Below, in pieces: positions 22,772 through 24,000 of a stretch of DNA of 24,000 bases. Both the position numbers and the translations under genes were made by a program. Each line of letters starts with the position of its first letter. The stretch's first letter is position 1. The notes beneath the pieces were generated by a model. It searched no databases, had not been told where the DNA came from, and worked only from the letters and a program-made list of their open reading frames with translations. Source of the DNA: Promethearchaeota archaeon (GTDB lineage Archaea; Asgardarchaeota; Lokiarchaeia; Sigyniarchaeales; Promethearchaeaceae); contig SDNX01000012.1 in NCBI GenBank assembly GCA_004524545.1, positions 11,281-35,280 of the forward strand, written 5' to 3'.

Positions 22772-24000
22772 TTATTTCTTCTCTTCTTGGACTTTTTTCA
22801 ATTTTTTCTTTAACTCAGATAATTTCTCTAGTGCGGAAAGCGGGGTAGTATTTTCAATGTCCAGTTTGTCTAAGTCTTCTATCACTTCAGCGTAATCTCC
22901 CTCAGTTAGAATGGTTTGTTCAATTGGAAATAACACGGTCTGCACGGGTTTTCTCTTAGACTTCCTATTCTCTTCAGGTTTTTCGGTACCTTTCTCCCTT
23001 TGTTGTTTTATAGAATCTTGTGAATGTGTTTCAGGTTCAGGTTTCTTCTCTTTTGCAGCATAATCCGTTTCTACCAAATCAAAAGATCGCTTAATAACCG
23101 GCTTAGGAATACCCGCCATGGACGCTACATGGATACCGTAGGATTTATCGGTCCCCCCCGGAGTGAGTTGCCGTAAAAATACCAGATTTTTTCCTTCTTC
23201 TCGTATAAGGAAGTGGTAATTCCTCATTCGTTCCAATTCAAGTTCAGTTAATTCATGGAAATGTGTGGAGAATAAGGATTTAACACGCATCCCATGTAGG
23301 CGTTCTAAAACTGCACGTGCAATTGCCCTTCCATCACTGGTAGAGGTTCCCCTTCCTAATTCATCAATAATGATTAAACTCTTTTGTGTCGCATAATGAA
23401 GAATTTGGGCGGTTTCATTCATTTCCATGAGAAATGTGCTCTGTCCATGGACTAAATCATCTGATGCACCCACTCGTGTAAATACTCGATCAACGATCCC
23501 GATCTCAGCGGAAACTGCCGGGACGTAACTTCCTATTTGTGCCAAAATCGTGATCAATGCTACTTGACGTAAATAAGTAGATTTTCCTGACCAGTTCGGC
23601 CCGGTTATGAGAAGAATTTGCTCCTTATTACAATCAATATAGCAATTGTTGGGAATAAACGATTCATTAAAATTGATATGTTCGATAACAGGATGTCTCC
23701 CTTGCTCGATAATTATTTTATCATCTTCTAGTATTGTGGGACGATTGTAATTATTTTCCGCTGCCACTTCTCCCAATCCGCAGAGAATATCCAACATTGC
23801 TATTTTAGAGGCATCTTTTTGAATTTCTTCAGTCTTCGAAGCGACATTTTCCCGTACCTTGGAAAAAATCTCGTATTCTACATCTTTTATGGTTTCCTCG
23901 GCGTTTAGTATCTTGATTTCAATTTCTTTAAGTTTTTCTGTCTGATATCTAGTTGCACCTTTCAAAGTCGCACGTTTCAGGAAATTTGGAGGAATTTTTA
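22772..24000 (-). CDS. mutS: DNA mismatch repair protein MutS (MutS1-type), C-terminal clamp/ATPase/dimerisation part; the N-terminus lies beyond the right edge
   Basis: Walker A is ITGPNWSGKSTYLRQV, Walker B is LIIIDELGRGTSTSDG, and STHFHELT is also present. A C-terminal ...TPLSALEKLSELKKKL helix is present. The reading frame stays open upstream of the track's TTG 'start' to position 24000 (..KIPPNFLKRATLKGATRYQTEKL), so the gene is truncated by the window. Confidence 0.9.
   Translation of the reverse strand, partial: KIPPNFLKRATLKGATRYQTEKLKEIEIKILNAEETIKDVEYEIFSKVRENVASKTEEIQKDASKIAMLDILCGLGEVAAENNYNRPTILEDDKIIIEQGRHPVIEHINFNESFIPNNCYIDCNKEQILLITGPNWSGKSTYLRQVALITILAQIGSYVPAVSAEIGIVDRVFTRVGASDDLVHGQSTFLMEMNETAQILHYATQKSLIIIDELGRGTSTSDGRAIARAVLERLHGMRVKSLFSTHFHELTELELERMRNYHFLIREEGKNLVFLRQLTPGGTDKSYGIHVASMAGIPKPVIKRSFDLVETDYAAKEKKPEPETHSQDSIKQQREKGTEKPEENRKSKRKPVQTVLFPIEQTILTEGDYAEVIEDLDKLDIENTTPLSALEKLSELKKKLKKVQEEKK

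Noticed and set aside
1-24000. Search by eye for CRISPR arrays, tRNA/rRNA genes, IS elements, integrases, toxin-antitoxin pairs or known defence-system hallmarks
   Set aside because: I saw no regularly spaced direct repeats, no cloverleaf-like GC-rich segments in the intergenic regions (all are short and AT-rich), and no transposase, integrase or nuclease motifs among the ORF translations. Only a covariance-model or HMM scan (tRNAscan-SE, Infernal, DefenseFinder) could confirm absence.

Overview
AT-rich, densely coding archaeal chromosomal segment. The archaeal assignment rests on a Rio2 kinase, an Sm-like protein, a four-subunit 2-oxoacid:ferredoxin oxidoreductase in gamma-delta-alpha-beta order, and oligo-T terminators with TATA-like promoters. 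I support 24 protein-coding genes, two of them truncated by the window edges. By eye I found no rRNA, tRNA, CRISPR array, transposase or integrase. Positions 7.2-24 kb are mostly housekeeping: thymidylate kinase, cyclophilin, Rio2, two MFS transporters, Sm-like protein, GGCT-like protein, SAM methyltransferase, AhpD/CMD-family protein, por operon, CrtI-family flavoprotein, cyclophilin-like protein and MutS. The stand-out region is the left 7.1 kb, a co-directional minus-strand cluster of four genes. It encodes a giant N-terminally anchored transglutaminase-fold protein whose Cys-His-Asp triad is entirely substituted. It also encodes a bitopic beta-rich surface protein with a cytosolic DUF4129-like tail, a free-standing 123-aa paralogue of that tail, and a polytopic DUF4350-like membrane protein. 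This looks like a re-wired archaeal version of the uncharacterised MoxR/DUF58/transglutaminase/DUF4129/DUF4350 neighbourhood, and its remaining genes may lie beyond position 1. Further items worth follow-up are a gelsolin-like domain fused to a ~5-helix membrane domain, and a 63-aa 12-Cys micro-protein whose first half follows the ZZ-type zinc-finger pattern. Others are an orphan Ala/Gly-rich 513-aa surface protein with a sortase-signal-like C-terminus, and a thymidylate kinase lacking the Walker-A lysine. The two eukaryote-type domains suggest an Asgard-type archaeon, but that is inference only. All family calls come from motif recognition by eye and memory, not from database searches.
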